From positions 41,648,209-41,712,208 of the forward strand of contig JARFYF010000017.1 in assembly GCA_030265395.1 (NCBI GenBank): a stretch of DNA of 64,000 nt. The letters are read 5' to 3'. A program made the translations under genes and the position numbers. Below the pieces are notes generated by a model. That model made no database searches, was not told the DNA's origin, and was given only the letters and a program-made list of their open reading frames with translations. Positions 36,311 to 50,020 of this stretch are shown piece after piece. The first letter of the stretch is position 1. Each line of letters begins with the position of its first letter. Source of the DNA: Rhina ancylostomus (Eukaryota).

Positions 36311-38587
36311 TGGTCATTATCAACCCTGAATGGTCGTTAAAAAGAACTTTGGGAAAGAATAATACAAATAAGTAAGGGTGACATTAAGCCAGTAATTCCT
36401 GAATTATTACTGATAAACCTAAACTTGAGTGAAAGGAATAACCCCTCAGGAAATGATACAATTCTGTTTTATCTGTTGTCAAGCAGAAGAAACAAAGACA
36501 GTTCTCCTCTGACACATCATGATGGATATAACAGATTTGAACATGGATCCCAGGGGACTGATGGACGTGGACAAAATGCCTCTGGTGCTATCAGTTACAT
36601 TTGTTGTCCCGTCAGGAGCCTTAGAGAGTCGTGCAATGCAACCAAAATTCCAGACAGAATCTCCAGCTCTGCCCTCCACATGCTTTAAGTGGCCATAAAA
36701 ACTATCCGGCAGGGACAAACATTGTGGACTACCCAAACAAGAAGAGTAAAATTTAATACCAGACTCGTTCTTCAATTGCCTGTCACTTTCATTCCCCATC
36801 CTGTTCCCACTCTTCGGCCTCTTACACTGTTCCAACACAAGCTTGAGGAACAGTATCCCATCTTCCATCCAGCCACGTTGCAGCCCTCAGCGCTGAACAC
36901 TGTATTCAATAACTTAAGATCAACAGCCTTCTCAAGTTGTGTCAGAACCACTCAGTTCTCATAAAAGGGGGCTGGCCTGTAACATTAACTCAGTTCTGAT
37001 CTGCTGCGTAGATCCAACATTCTATTTTATTTCAGATGCTCATCGACTGCAGTGTTTTGTACCNNNNNNNNNNNNNNNNNNNNNNNNNCTTCTCTGATTT
37101 CATTCATCTACTACTATTTCCACCTCCTTCATTCAGATCAGTGCCATCAGCAACCCTTCTCTACCCAACACCACTGCTTGCATCATTCAGTCTTGGTCAC
37201 CAACCTATCACAGACATTCCCTTTGTTCTCCTCACCCCTCTCCTCTGCACCTTAAAATATGTTTCTCTCTTAACTTTTCGTAGTTCTGATGATAGGTCAT
37301 CAACCTGGAACCGCGACTGTTCAGTCTCCACACTTGCAGACTCATCTGCTGAGTGTTTCCAGCATTTTTTGTTTTAACTTCACCCTTCAAGGTATTATGT
37401 TACTTTAAAAACCTATTTGAGATTAATATCTAGAAAGCAACCGATGTATGACAATTTCCACAGGGTGGCATATACTCCTTCCAAAATCGCCCTTGGGAAA
37501 ATTGGGGTCATTCCAAATCGTGTGTACAAGACTGGGATTTGCTTTTCCAAACATTACTAATAAAGTTCTGATCACTGGCAGAGTCGTGGAAAACAATTGC
37601 GATCTAAAATACATTTTCCATTTTCTTTAGAATCTTCCGACGTAAAGAAATGTACAAAGTCTTTAATACATCAGTAGCCAACAAAATTCTGCACCTCGGA
37701 TACTAATATTGTCATATGTTCTGCCATTTCCTTTCAATCCATTTAGTGTGGCATTTGGCAAAAGGTCTTACACTTTTACAGCGGCTACCTTTTCTGAAAT
37801 TGAAAGCAAATTGTCTCAGCCAGTGAAGACCCCAACTCTGATCTGAGAGCATGTGCTCTTCCTTTAAAGCCAACAGGGGGAGCTCATTCAATGAAACGTG
37901 GCCAAGCGCTCAACAAATCAAATGGCATATGACCAACTGATACTCTGAGTTGCACGGAAGTATCAAATCAGGCTGGTTGTCACCTCAGACCAAGTTCACT
38001 CAGCAATTTGAGCCGGATGGTCTCTGTAACTCCATTCCTCGCGGGGTTGCAGAAAATGCTGCCACTGCACCTCTGCATTTGTCATTTCACCTTGATCACC
38101 AGGCAGAAACAGAATACTCACTGGTTTTGTGTAAGCCTTGCCGTCGGGTAGCCATCTCACCTTCCTGGAACCTTCCTCTCAATCAGAAAGGTTGTAAGTG
38201 CAACCCGAAACGCCGGGACAAGTTGCAGACTCTGTGTGTAGCAGACAAACNNNNNNNNNNTGCCCATTTCGCGAGGTTGTCAGGTCATTCCACGAGCATT
38301 CTGATCAATGCCACTTCTGGCTCTAGATTCTTGCAGCAACAAGGGGAGTGGGAGTGGGTATGGAGATGGTGGAAGAGCCCACTGTGTTTTGGAGTGATTG
38401 GAGAGAGACTGTAAACAATGTTTTATTTTAATTCATTGAACATCTTAGGGTAGAATGCCCAAAGTAATACAGAGAATTTGACAAATTCTGCTTCAAATTC
38501 AAGTTACTTTCAATGGTGCGGCCCACATAATGCCTTCCATTCCCTGCAGGTACCTGCATGAGCAAGTACACAGGCTGACGGGTTGAC

Positions 38588-39240
38588 CACAAGAAAATAG
38601 GAGCAGGAGTGGGCCACCTGGCTGCTCAAGCCAGCCCCACTCTTCAATCTGATCATGGCCGATCTGCCCCAGGCCTCAATTCCTGTGCTAGTTCCAGATG
38701 CACCCAATTCCCTGATCTTTCGATGAAGGCTTTAAATACCTCCCGTGACACAGCCTCCACGATCCTTTGGGGTAGCGAGTTACAGAGATTCACCATTTTC
38801 TGTGAGAAGAAATTCCTATGTACCTCACTGTCCCCTTATCTTGCAATGATGTCCCCTCATTCAATGTTCTTCCACTGGAAGAAACATCTCAACATCTGCC
38901 TTCTCATGCCCCCTATGGATCTTATATGTTTCAGTAAGATCACCCCTCATCTTCTAAACTCTAAAGAAAACAAATCTAACTATTTTAGCCCTTCCATATA
39001 GGACAACCCTCTCATCCCAGGAATCAGCCTGGTGAATCTCTCTGGACTGCCTCCAGTGCTGGTATATCCTTTCTTAAATAAGGGCACCAAAACTGCGTGT
39101 ATTCCAAGTGTGGGCTCACCAATGCCCTGTACAATTGCAACAATACTTCTCTATTTTTAAACTCCAGCCCCCTAGCATTAAAGAGAAGTATGCAATTTGC
39201 CTTCTTAATTACTTGCCACAGCTGCTTGCTAACTTTTTAT
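38588..39240 (-). mobile_element. CR1 LINE 3' fragment
   Basis: acaagaaaataggagcaggagtgggccac tail; ttcaccattttctgtgagaagaaattcc; caccaaaactgcgtgtattccaagtgtgggctcacc (reverse complement of RPHLEY.QFW.P). Confidence 0.75.
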
Positions 39241-39969
39241 GTTTCATCGTGTTTGAAGCCAGACTCCCGATTTCATCAGCTCCTTGTGATCTTTTCAAAA
39301 CATCCATTTCATTTCTTGGCTGTTGGAATAATAATCTTACTGCACAAAACCATACACACCAGAAGAAGAAGGAATGCCTTGTGGGTTAGATGCTGTCTCT
39401 TCATTCCCAGAACATACATTTAAATAAGATGATCCCCTCTTGTTTACTCAGACTGGTTATAGATCCACGGCACAAATCCCNNNNNNNNNNNNNNNNNNNN
39501 NNNNNNNNNNNNNNNNNNNNNNNNNNNNNNNNNNNNNNNNNNNNNNNNNNNNNNNNNNNNNNNNNNNNNNNNNNNNNNNNNNNNNNNNNNNNNNNNNNNN
39601 NNNNNNNNNNNNNNNNNNNNNNNNNNNNNNNNNNNNNNNNNNNNNNNNNNNNNNNNNNNNNNNNNNNNNNNNNNNNNNNNNNNNNNNNNNNNNNNNNNNN
39701 NNNNNNNNNNNNNNNNNNNNNNNNNNNNNNNNNNNNNNNNNNNNNNNNNNNNNNNNNNNNNNNNNNNNNNNNNNNNNNNNNNNNNNNNNNNNNNNNNNNN
39801 NNNNNNNNNNNNNNNNNNNNNNNNNNNNNNNNNNNNNNNNNNNNNNNNNNNNNNNNNNNNNNNNNNNNNNNNNNNNNNNNNNNNNNNNNNNNNNNNNNNN
39901 NNNNNNNNNNNNNNNNNNNNNNNNNNNNNNNNNNNNNNNNNNNNNNNNNNNNNNNNNNNNNNNNNNNNA

Positions 39970-40345
39970 AATCTTCCACAGATGGGGGCAGGCAGTTTAG
40001 GAGGTGGTGTGCTCCTTCTGCTGCTTATACCGGGCGTCTGTATGCTCCCAATGCATGGACTTGACATCCTCAATACTTTCCCAAATGCTCCATCTCCACT
40101 TTGAATGGCCATGGGCTATAGATTCTCTGGAATCGGTGAAGATGTTGCATTTTTCAGGGAAGCTTTGAGCACATCTTTGAATATTATCTCCTGTCCATGT
40201 ATAATCTCTTCCCATGACAAATCTTGGCATAGACTGTCCGTGTCAGGAGTCTTGTGACATCAGATGTGACCTGCCCATCAGAGTTAACTAAGTGTAACTA
40301 CAGGTCCAATGCTGGGACGTTGGGCTGGGAGAATATGCTGAGATT
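39970..40345 (-). mobile_element. RTE-clade LINE 3' fragment
   Basis: Minus-strand pieces KDVLKASLKKCNIFTDSRESIAHGHSKWRWSIWESIE and GQVTSD; homologous to 62560-63000. Confidence 0.6.
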
Positions 40346-43300
40346 ATATTCAGCCATGCTGGGTGGGCTCAATGCTGACACAGTTCTGTCCCCAGTACCT
40401 GAATCCTTCACTTTGATGAGTGCCTTTCTCAGTAAGCACTTTAACCCATACATTGCCTAACCTTGCACGATACATTGCATTTCTGCAGATTATCTTCCCC
40501 TTTTATGCTTTCTAAAAATTGGGAAATTTGGTTTTGGAAGCTGTCTGGTACTTCCATTTATGAGAGCATGAAGTGATAGGGGAACTTTGTACCGATATCA
40601 AACACCATAAGGACTTAGCTGGAGCAGGAGAGAGAAATAATTTTTTGCTTTTAGTAATGCCCTGGAATGCATGATCTGAAAGGAAGGTGGAAACACATTT
40701 AATAGTAATTTTTAAACCAGTAAAAGACAAATAATTGGTCACCAGTTATCATAGGTTTACCACAGAATCATAGAGCAGTGAGCAATCTATTCGGCAGCAG
40801 CCCTTCCTAAATTTAACCACAACCCTTCGACTGTCCAACAAATCGGGAGTGAGAGGATCACAGGATATATTTTTTGCTCTGCTGTCTTCCCATTGGACAG
40901 AAACTTCTCAAAAACCATCTTGCACTGTAAAATATTGAGAAGGTGCAGCTAAGTGATGTCCTTAACTGAACCTTAAAACTAACTGGAGCAGAGACTAAAT
41001 AGGTCCTGAATTCATTTCTATGTTTGTGTTGTTAGCTGATTGTGGCAACAGGCCAACCACATCTTACTACAGTTGTAGACCTGGATGGGGAGAGTTAGGT
41101 TTTGTTCATCAGTATACTGTGTGTAACCTGGGATGAGGAAGAGCAGCTGCTGATGTCTCTTTCCCTACCCCTCCAGGGGCAGAAGCCTGCTGCCCCTCAC
41201 TGGGGGCAGAGTGGGAGATTCTCCTGCTCCCACAGGATGTATCATGTATCCACCTCCATTATCATGGTCCATGGTCACCTCCATGGTCAAATTCAAGAGA
41301 TTACAGGACACGCATATGGAGGAATTTAAAATAGAGGAAAGGGTTAGATAGCCTTAGGTGAGGTTTAAAGGTCGAGAGGGAAGGGTTGGATAGATCATAG
41401 AGCAGGATAAAATGTTGGCACAACATTGTGCGCCGAAGGGCTTGTATTGTGCTGTACTGTTCTATGTACTGTTACCTGGGACCCAGCAAACTTTCTGCAG
41501 AACACTGTAATCTGCCGATATCCAGCAGCACCAGCAATGACCAAGGGTTCTCCCGGTATTCTAGGGGAGGTTCGGGAGGTCTGAGCTTGGCCACAAGCCC
41601 TGGGCAGCACAGCTGCCGGAACAGGGGGTGAGAGGGGCAGTGGGGTGGGTGATTGTCAATTGTAGAGCGGTGCTGAAGAGGACGAGTGACAGTGCTGGTT
41701 CGATGGCCCTACTCTGGGAGGAAACACACAGCTTGAAGGGTGGGGGCAGGCTTAGGGGACAGGGGTGGGGAAAGCACAGGGGAACTGAGAGAAGGAGATG
41801 ATTGGAGGAGAGCACTGAAAGGGAGACTGAGGGAGGAGGAGGGAGAGGATCAGCACTGTAGGGNNNNNNNNNNNNNNNNNNNNNNNNNNNNNNNNNNNNN
41901 NNNNNNNNNNNNNNNNNNNNNNNNNNNNNNNNNNNNNNNNNNNNNNNNNNNNNNNNNNNNNNNNNNNNNNNNNNNNNNNNNNNNNNNNNNNNNNNNNNNN
42001 NNNNNNNNNNNNNNNNNNNNNNNNNNNNNNNNNNNNNNNNNNNNNNNNNNNNNNNNNNNNNNNNNNNNNNNNNNNNNNNNNNNNNNNNNNNNNNNNNNNN
42101 NNNNNNNNNNNNNNNNNNNNNNNNNNNNNNNNNNNNNNNNNNNNNNNNNNNNNNNNNNNNNNNNNNNNNNNNNNNNNNNNNNNNNNNNNNNNNNNNNNNN
42201 NNNNNNNNNNNNNNNNNNNNNNNNNNNNNNNNNNNNNNNNNNNNNNNNNNNNNNNNNNNNNNNNNNNNNNNNNNNNNNNNNNNNNNNNNNNNNNNNNNNN
42301 NNNNNNNNNNNNNNNNNNNNNATCTACCATAATGTGTGAGATAAATCTGTGCAGCAGAGCCTGATTACCAATCACCTCGAACCTCCTTGCTATTGGACTA
42401 CAATCTCTCTCTGCCAAACCTCAGAACCAGAGCCTGAGAAGGACAATGGAGGGATTGGGGAAAGCTGCCTGTTTTTGCACTGAAATTTTACGTATGCATT
42501 CTTGCCCATTGACAACTGGAGTTGGGGCCTTATAACAGGATATACAGCACTCTTGATAAACATCACCCCTGCATCATCTCTGAAGGGGTAATTGTGTTTC
42601 ATTATATCAAACCCCTACCCCACACAGAAATGTTTGATAGCTCATTGCTTCCCTGTATTTCTACTCCCTTAAGATCAACAGAAAATCCACAGAAGATCAG
42701 TTCTGCAGACATTATGCAACTGTTTGTGTAAGTTATATATTGAGCACAGTTTGCACTGTAGNNNNNNNNNNTTAATCTTTCCCACTCTCACCTGAAACCT
42801 TTGCACTGTAGTATTTGACAGCAATGGCATTGATCTATGATTGAATGATGTTTCAAATGCAGGATTAAAACACAAACTCCCTGTCTGATTCAGATGTCTG
42901 CAAGTACAAAACACTCAAGATTCAACACCGGTGCATATTAGTTCTGATTTCACAAAATGGAACGTGGCTACAGACATAACTGCAGCTACTTGCCAGTTTG
43001 GGAGCTTTGCACATCGAACAATCAGAGCCAGAAAATGTCAGCTTCATCAGAATTAATGAGAACCACCTAAATAATAAAGATCTAACAAGCTCTAAAGAGG
43101 AGTTAATGAGGGTGTAAAGGGCAGCCAGCAAAGATGTGAAGAGGATCTAACGGTGAGCCAACAGAAGACCAAATACCTCAAGCACACAGTCCAGGCCACC
43201 TAACGAAACAGCAATTGCATGCTAATGAAGAAAGTGCATTGTTTAATTATTTCCTACCCCTGTTCCTTAGGAAGAGCCTCAGGTTGTGACTTGAATAGAG

Positions 43301-46300
43301 CAGGGATTCACGCTTTGCCCAGGCCAGGTAGGGGATCAGATGGGAGGATAAACCCAGGCACTTATCTTCATGCTCTAGTGATTGCATTTCTCCAAGGTGC
43401 TGAGGGCAATCTTCTCACTCCCATCCCTAGAAATAGTCTGCACGCAGAAGCTTCTGTCGATGTGAAAGTCAGATGATTATCATTTGAACATTAATATGCA
43501 TAAAAGCCTCTGGCAAATGGCAATCATCAGCTGGTCTCTGTCATTACAGTACTTTGCATTTTGACCCATTTTATGCAGCTTGATTTTCCAACATCAATGC
43601 TATTTTATCAGCAATCTTCATCTGCAGCTCAACAGCAGGTTCCCAAGTGCATGGACGGTCAAGTTGTAAATAAATGTCTGGTCACACATATTTATACGTG
43701 TAAATTTTGCAGCACTGTTGCTGATTCGGGAAGTGCATCAGACTGGAAATTCACCTGCATGTAAGCAGAGGCACTAAACTTGCACTATGCAGGGGGACTC
43801 ACGCCAGCTCAACCTGGTACAGATGTGTCTGCATGATGTTACTGAGCTGATATAAACCTTCTGCTTTGTGCTCCTGGACAAGACTGCAGCCAGAAACTGT
43901 TGGCTCTCTCAGAAAGTGGGACAAAGACCCTGCCAGCCTCAAAAATACCAATCACAAAAAACACCACCTAGTGCTGACTCAGGTAGAGGAGTTGCTAAGG
44001 CTGAACAGGACAGGATAGAGGCGTGCCTTTAGTCACGCACACCAGAGAAATAGGGGATGGGTGTGCCATCGATGGTAAAGGAACACACATGTATTCTGCT
44101 CCAGCAGGCTCACATCAGGATGATGATGAAGGAGCACTCGGGGAGGTATGTTGATATTTCTTGCCACGATAACAGTCCTGCCTGACTGCTTGCAAGAGAT
44201 GTCAAGAAGCATGGGCAAACCCTTCTAATAATGACTTCCTCCATACAACCTGCTTCAGAACAAGAACCGTATCCTTTCCAGTCAGACAGCCACTCTGACC
44301 ATTGCTAACACTCCCATTGTTCACTGGCTGAATGAGCTGGGTTTTATGTGCAGCTATATAATGTGTCAGTGGCAAGGTCTGCATTTATTGCCCATCCCTA
44401 ATTGCCCTTGAGAAGGTAGTTGTGAGTCAGCTGCTTGAACTGACTGTCCTTCTAGTGAGTGTAGGAGAATGAAGGGATTCCCGGATTTAGACCTAGCAAT
44501 GATGAGGAACGGAGATATAGCTCCAAGTCAGAATGGTGCGCAACTTGGAGAGAAATTGGAAGTGATGGTGCTTCCATCTGCCCGAAGCCCTTGTCCTTCT
44601 TGGCGGTAGGGGTGATGAATTTTGGAAGAGCTGTCAAAGAAGCCTCGGCAGCTAAGTGGAGCACATTTTGTAAATGGAACAGACTGCAGCCACCGTGTGC
44701 TGATGGTGGAGAGAATGAATGTTTTGGACATTGATTCAGGCGCCAGTCAAGTGAGATGCTTGTCTTAGATGTTGTTGAGCTTTTAGAGTGTTGTTTGTGC
44801 TGCACTCATCCAGACAAGTGGAGAGTATTTCGTCATGCTCACGACTTGTAAAGTTGTTGATGGTGGAACGAGTTACCCAACCCCTGACTTGATCTTGTAG
44901 CTACCTCATACGTATGTCTGATCCATTAACTTTCTGGCCAATGGTGAAGCCCAGGTTGCTCATCAAAAATCCAAATACTGAAGATGTTTGGTATCTGAAG
45001 TAAAAACAGAAAATGCTGTAAATACTCAGCAAGTCAGACTGTTTGGAGGTTGTGTAGCAGGTGAGGACCCCCATTAGCCATTAGGAAAATAGAAGCAGCA
45101 CACAGTTGATCACCAGTGTTCAGAGGGACATTTTGGCAGCATCCCACCCCAATACCTGGTTGAAAATCTAGCCAAGGGTGGAGGGAGACCCACATTGTTT
45201 GTCCTCACTCAACTCCGATCCTCTCAACCGACTTCCCTAAACTCAAATAACGTCTGAAAACGCTGGAAGCACACATCAGGTCAGGCAGCATCTGTGGAGA
45301 GAGAATCAGAGTCGCTGTTTCAGCTTGATGACCTTTCTTTAGAACCGGAAACATGAGAAAACAAACTTGTTTTAAGTTGCAGAGAAGGGGGAGGGATGGA
45401 AAGGACACAGGGAATGTTTGTAATACAGTGGAGACCAAGAGAATTCATGGGATACAAATGTTGTTGGTGCCATCTATAAGACGATGGTGATTGTTAATCC
45501 CAGCTAATCTGTCCTGGAAGAGATGTAAACAGAGGGTAATGAATGAGGACAGGCTCACTTTTTGCTGCTTGGACAGTGACTTAGTTGACAGTCAGTGTGT
45601 TGCTTTGGAAACTGACATCGTCCCCAAAAAGCCCTGTCTGAATCCATAAATTCTTTCTCCTCAACATCCCTTTTCTACCCTCTTTACTCTCTTGAAGATT
45701 ATCTTTTCATTCTCTGCAAAGTCTGATGCATGTTAAAGTACAAGTTAGAATAGCTTGGCATTGGTAATAAAATGTCAGGACCAAATAGTAGATCTAGATG
45801 TAGCAAGACTGAAGGCAGGAGATGATAGGATGTAAATAATTCAGTCCTCAGACTGAATCACATAACTTGCCATTATTGTGACTGTCTCATTATAAATTCC
45901 AACATCTCCATTTTTCCTGGACACTCCCCAGACAAACCTATGCTATAATTACATTTGTTGTTGAACTCTTTTTGATTTTTTTTCAATAGATGGCATTTAC
46001 AAAATTCCTATATACATACATAAGTGAACAATGTCACAGTGTGCTTGGTATTAGTTACCAATTCCTTCACAGTAAAAGCACAAACATGCTTTGAGAGAAT
46101 ATGTGCACAATACCCACAGCACCAAACCATTCAAAGGAGTTCTCAAAATAGACTGACAGGGCAATACACCCAGAATAGCATGAACTGTGAGCACAAGGAA
46201 ATCACTTACTCGGAACTTCAGAAATCTCCATCAAAGTACAACAGAATCAATTTCCTTAGAGTTAATTTTTTTTTCCTCAACCATTCAAAGTCCTATTTTC

Positions 46301-46679
46301 TCATCAAAGAGAGGAGTGACCTGGATTTCTATATGTCCATCAATTCAAGATACTTGCACAAAAATCTGTGTGGGGAAATCAGTCTCATCACATATCTGTT
46401 GGTGGGTGTACGGCAGGCTTTAGACCTCTGCTACATTGTGGCTTCAGGCCTCTGTAATTTGCTATTGTTATTGCCTGTGGAACACTGTTCCCCATGAGCA
46501 CTGGCTTTTGCTCAGATTTCAGTAGATCTTGAAGGAAAACTACACAGGGAAAGTACCCTTCTTCCTCCCCCATCCTTCCTTCCCTGCTGGTCGTGTCTGA
46601 CAACCCCAAACAAACCCATCCACAGACAGGCGGAGAGTAGATTTAAAGAATAGAAATAGAAAGCTAACACAGATAAATG

Positions 46680-47745
46680 TATAGCTGGAGAGATGGAGTT
46701 GGAGGGAAGGCTTTAGATTCCCGGGACATTGAGACTGGTTCTGGGGGAGGTGGGACCTGCACAGTCTGGATGGATTCCACCTCAACAGAGCAGAAAGATT
46801 TGCTGTTGCTGTGGGGGGAGGTTTAAACTAATTTGTCAAGGGATTGGGCATGGAAAGGGAGCTCTGATAAGGAGAAAATAGTGCAAAAAGCAGTGGGAGA
46901 GATAAATAGCACCAGAACAAAAAATGGAAAGTTTTGAGACAGGATCAGACACAGAAAATAAAGAAGGTCCAAGGCAGGTTTACAGAGCTGGAATGTAAAT
47001 GCAGAAAGAATATTAAAAAAGGTCAGAGATTTGCAGACACGATTAACTATGCAGGATTACGATGTTGTTGCACTAAAAAGACCTGGTGAAAAAAGCGCTG
47101 AAATAAAAAAAAGGCATGTTTTCTAACCTGTCTGTTGTCCCACCTTGCCTTACCCTATATTTTAGATTTGGTGGATGAAGTGTTGACACAGCTCCTGATG
47201 TCCACTCTTGTTATGAAGAGTGACTGACAGCGATTTGGAGATTTCCACACAGGTGTAGCTAATGTGGAAAATCCCGAAGCTTCTGATGGAGATCCAAGGC
47301 ACCTTCATAGTAAGGGCGCTGTTGCTGTTTACCCACTCCATTCAAGGAAAGTTGCTTAAACCAATATGGAATTAGGCTTTTCATGAACTAATTCTCCAAA
47401 ATAGTTTAAAATNNNNNNNNNNTAAAATACTTTCTCTCAGGGTTGGAGAGTCAAGAACTAGCGGGCATCGGTTTAAGGTGAGAGAGGAGAGATGTAATAG
47501 GAACCTGAGGGGCATCCTTTTCACCCAGAGGGTAGTCAATATATGGAATGTTCTGCCAGAGGAAGTGGTTGAAGCAGGTACATTAGCAACATTTAAACTT
47601 GGACAGGTACATGGATAGGAAAGGTTTAGAAGGATATAGGCCAAACGCAAGCAAATGGGACTAAATTAGGTGGGAATCTTGATCAGCATGGACCAGTTGG
47701 GCCGAAGGGCCAGTTTCCATGCTGTATGACTCTATGACTCTAACT
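46680..47745 (+). mobile_element. CR1 fragments (ORF1/ORF2 junction about 46680-47090; 3' end about 47420-47745)
   Basis: ggagggaaggctttagattcc..gggaggtgggacctgcacagtctggatggattccacctcaac; aatgtaaatgcagaaag; tail gggccgaagggccagtttccatgctgtatgactctatgactcta. Confidence 0.7.
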
Positions 47746-48329
47746 TGGTAAATTGGTTTGTTATTGTCACATATACCAATGTACTGTGAAAAACTTAGCT
47801 TTGCATGCCATCCATACAGATCATTTCATTACACCAATGCCTGTAACTGCGATCTGAGTCTTCCCGTTGCCAGTCACTTCCCACTCCATCACTGATATGT
47901 GAAGTCCTCAGCTTTCTCCACTGCCAGGAGAAGTCCAAACACAAACTGGAGGAACAACATCTTCCGTCTTGGGACCTTACAGCATGAACATCGAATTCTC
48001 CCACTTTCAGTGAACCAACCTGCCCCTACCCCCAACCTTGCCTCTTCTTTACTTCCCTTTCCTAGCCCACCTCTCTCTTTTACTTTTTTTTTCTCTCCTT
48101 GCTATATATTTTCTCTCTTCTCCCCTCCCCCCATGCTGCCTGCCTCCATACCTTTGACCCATCCCCTGGTGGATCTGCTCCCCCTCCAGCCCTACATCTA
48201 CTACCTACCATTATTTCTTACCTGCATCTNNNNNNNNNNNNNNNNNNNNNNNNNNNNNNNNNNNNNNNNNNNNNNNNNNNNNNNNNNNNNNNNNNNNNNN
48301 NNNNNNNNNNNNNNNNNNNNNNNNNNNNN

Positions 48330-49625
48330 ATTCTAAACATTCCTGTACAGAAAGTGTTTAGGAATGATCGGGAAGGGAGGAAAGGAGGGGCCCTGGGGGT
48401 ATTGATTAAGATGATACTGCAGTGCTGAAAAAAAGAGAATGACCTGCAATGGTCAAGGACAGAAGCTCTCTCTTTGGAGCTAAGAAACAATAGGAGGTTA
48501 ACAAGAAACCTCCATTACAAAGTTTAAGACAACAAAGAAAAAAACAAACCCACACCAATATTAATAAAATCACCACCATAAAAATCCAAAACTGCAATAA
48601 TAAATAATAAAACCAACACCCAAATCAAACGTCCATAAAAATCTAAAAATATCTGTAGTTGCTAAAAGGCTGACTCTTGAAACTTGCACAGTGAATTATT
48701 TAAATTTGATGATCCAAGAAAGTTTATGACAGAGACGTTTTCGGGAACCATTTACACCAATAATAAAACCAAAGAAGTTGACTAATTTGATGTTGTGTTT
48801 ATCCCTGATGGCTTCCTCAAGATGGTGGTATTTTGCAGACTTTTCAATGACTCCGAATTGTCTTCAAGTCTAATAGAAATGCCAACTACAGCAGCCCTAT
48901 TCTCCTTGACAAAAATGGCATTGGTCATCCCTGTCAATTACACAAGTGGACTGTCCTGCGGGCTGACAATCAGTGGGATGGAAATTGAGGAATGTGCTTG
49001 CAGGGAAGTTGAGGAGCAAATTTGCCGGGAAATTGCAGAGATGTGCAAAAGCCATAGAGAGGGGTATTTCAACTATCAAAATACTGATAGGGATGGCAAT
49101 AACATACAGGGCAAAGGGTGGGGGAGTTTCTGAATTTGATCAGGAGAACCTTCTTGCGATTTACCCAAATAATTCCAGGGATGAGGGACTTCAGTTCGGA
49201 ACATCAACTGGAGAAGTTGCATTATTCTCCTTGGAACCCAGAAGATTGCAAGATCTGAAAGAGGTATTTAAGATCATGAAAGATATAGAGAAGAGTAGAA
49301 AGACATCAACTGTTCCCATCAGTGGAGGTGTCAAGAACTAGGGAACATAGAATGAAGGTGATTGGCAAAAGAACCAAACATGACAATGAGGAAACAATTT
49401 TAACACAGTGGTCTGGAATGCAATGTCAGGGGTAGTAATGGAGGCAGATCCAAATGAAGCATTCAGAGGGGAGCTTCATAAATACCTGTATCCCAAAGAA
49501 CTTAGTTAGCTATGGGAAGAAGGTGGGGGAGTGAGACCAGCTGGATAGTGCTTACATAGAGCTGGTACGGACTGAACTGTCTGATGACTGTCTGAACTTC
49601 TTCCATGCTGTTAACTTTCTGTGAT
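48330..49625 (+). mobile_element. Degraded CR1 (APE endonuclease to 3' end), interrupted at about 48495-48935
   Basis: LNIPVQKVFRNDREGRKGGALGVLIK before the insert; SGMEIEE..EEQICREIAEMCK after it; CR1 3' region at 49180-49625. Confidence 0.65.
48500..48930 (-). mobile_element. R2-like 3' fragment (endonuclease C-terminus plus putative 3' UTR)
   Basis: Minus-strand AIFVKENRAAVVGISIRLEDNSESL, then after a frameshift KYHHLEEAIRDKHNIKLVNFFGFIIGVNG, and VSRVSLLATTDIFRF. These match the R2 IFVK..VVD(V/I)..RYE / KY.HL..FFGF..GARG / SR..LL..D..RF motifs as recalled. Confidence 0.65.
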
Positions 49626-49714
49626 TCTGTGAAAATGTAGAATGCTCTAAAAGCTCTGTTATCCAGCAAGTCCAGACTTAATAGGTGCCAATTAATTAAA
49701 TGTGGCAGTTAACT

Positions 49715-50020
49715 CAATGTCAGCCCACACACTCCCTCAGCATGTAAATTCGAGCACTCCCTCAGCACTGTCCCAATCCAATTGGCCAGATAGTCCCTCA
49801 GAACTGCCCCAGTGTTGGCCCAGTCACTCCTTCAATGTCGGCCTGGTAACCCTCTCAATGTTGACCTGGTTGCTCCCTCAATGTTGGTCTGCTTACTCTC
49901 GCAGTGTTGTTCTGGGCACTCCCTTGGTGCTGTTTCAATACTGGCCTGGGCAACCCTTTGACATCAGCTCAGGCCTCCCTCAATGCTGTCCCAATGTCAG
50001 CCCGGGCACTCCCTCTGATA
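49715..50020. repeat. Degenerate minisatellite, about 21-22 bp core (cactccctcaatgttggcctgg)
   Basis: About 10 diverged ctccctcaatg/ctccctcagca motifs in tandem. Confidence 0.65.

Noticed and set aside
36510-36700. Short + strand ORF MMDITDLNMDPRG... after an acceptor-like tract
   Set aside because: About 59 aa, no recognisable homology, no donor, and flanked by repeats.
47154-47345. Possible minus-strand exon ending at G|GTAAGG
   Set aside because: All three frames hit stops before the donor and none resembles a known protein.
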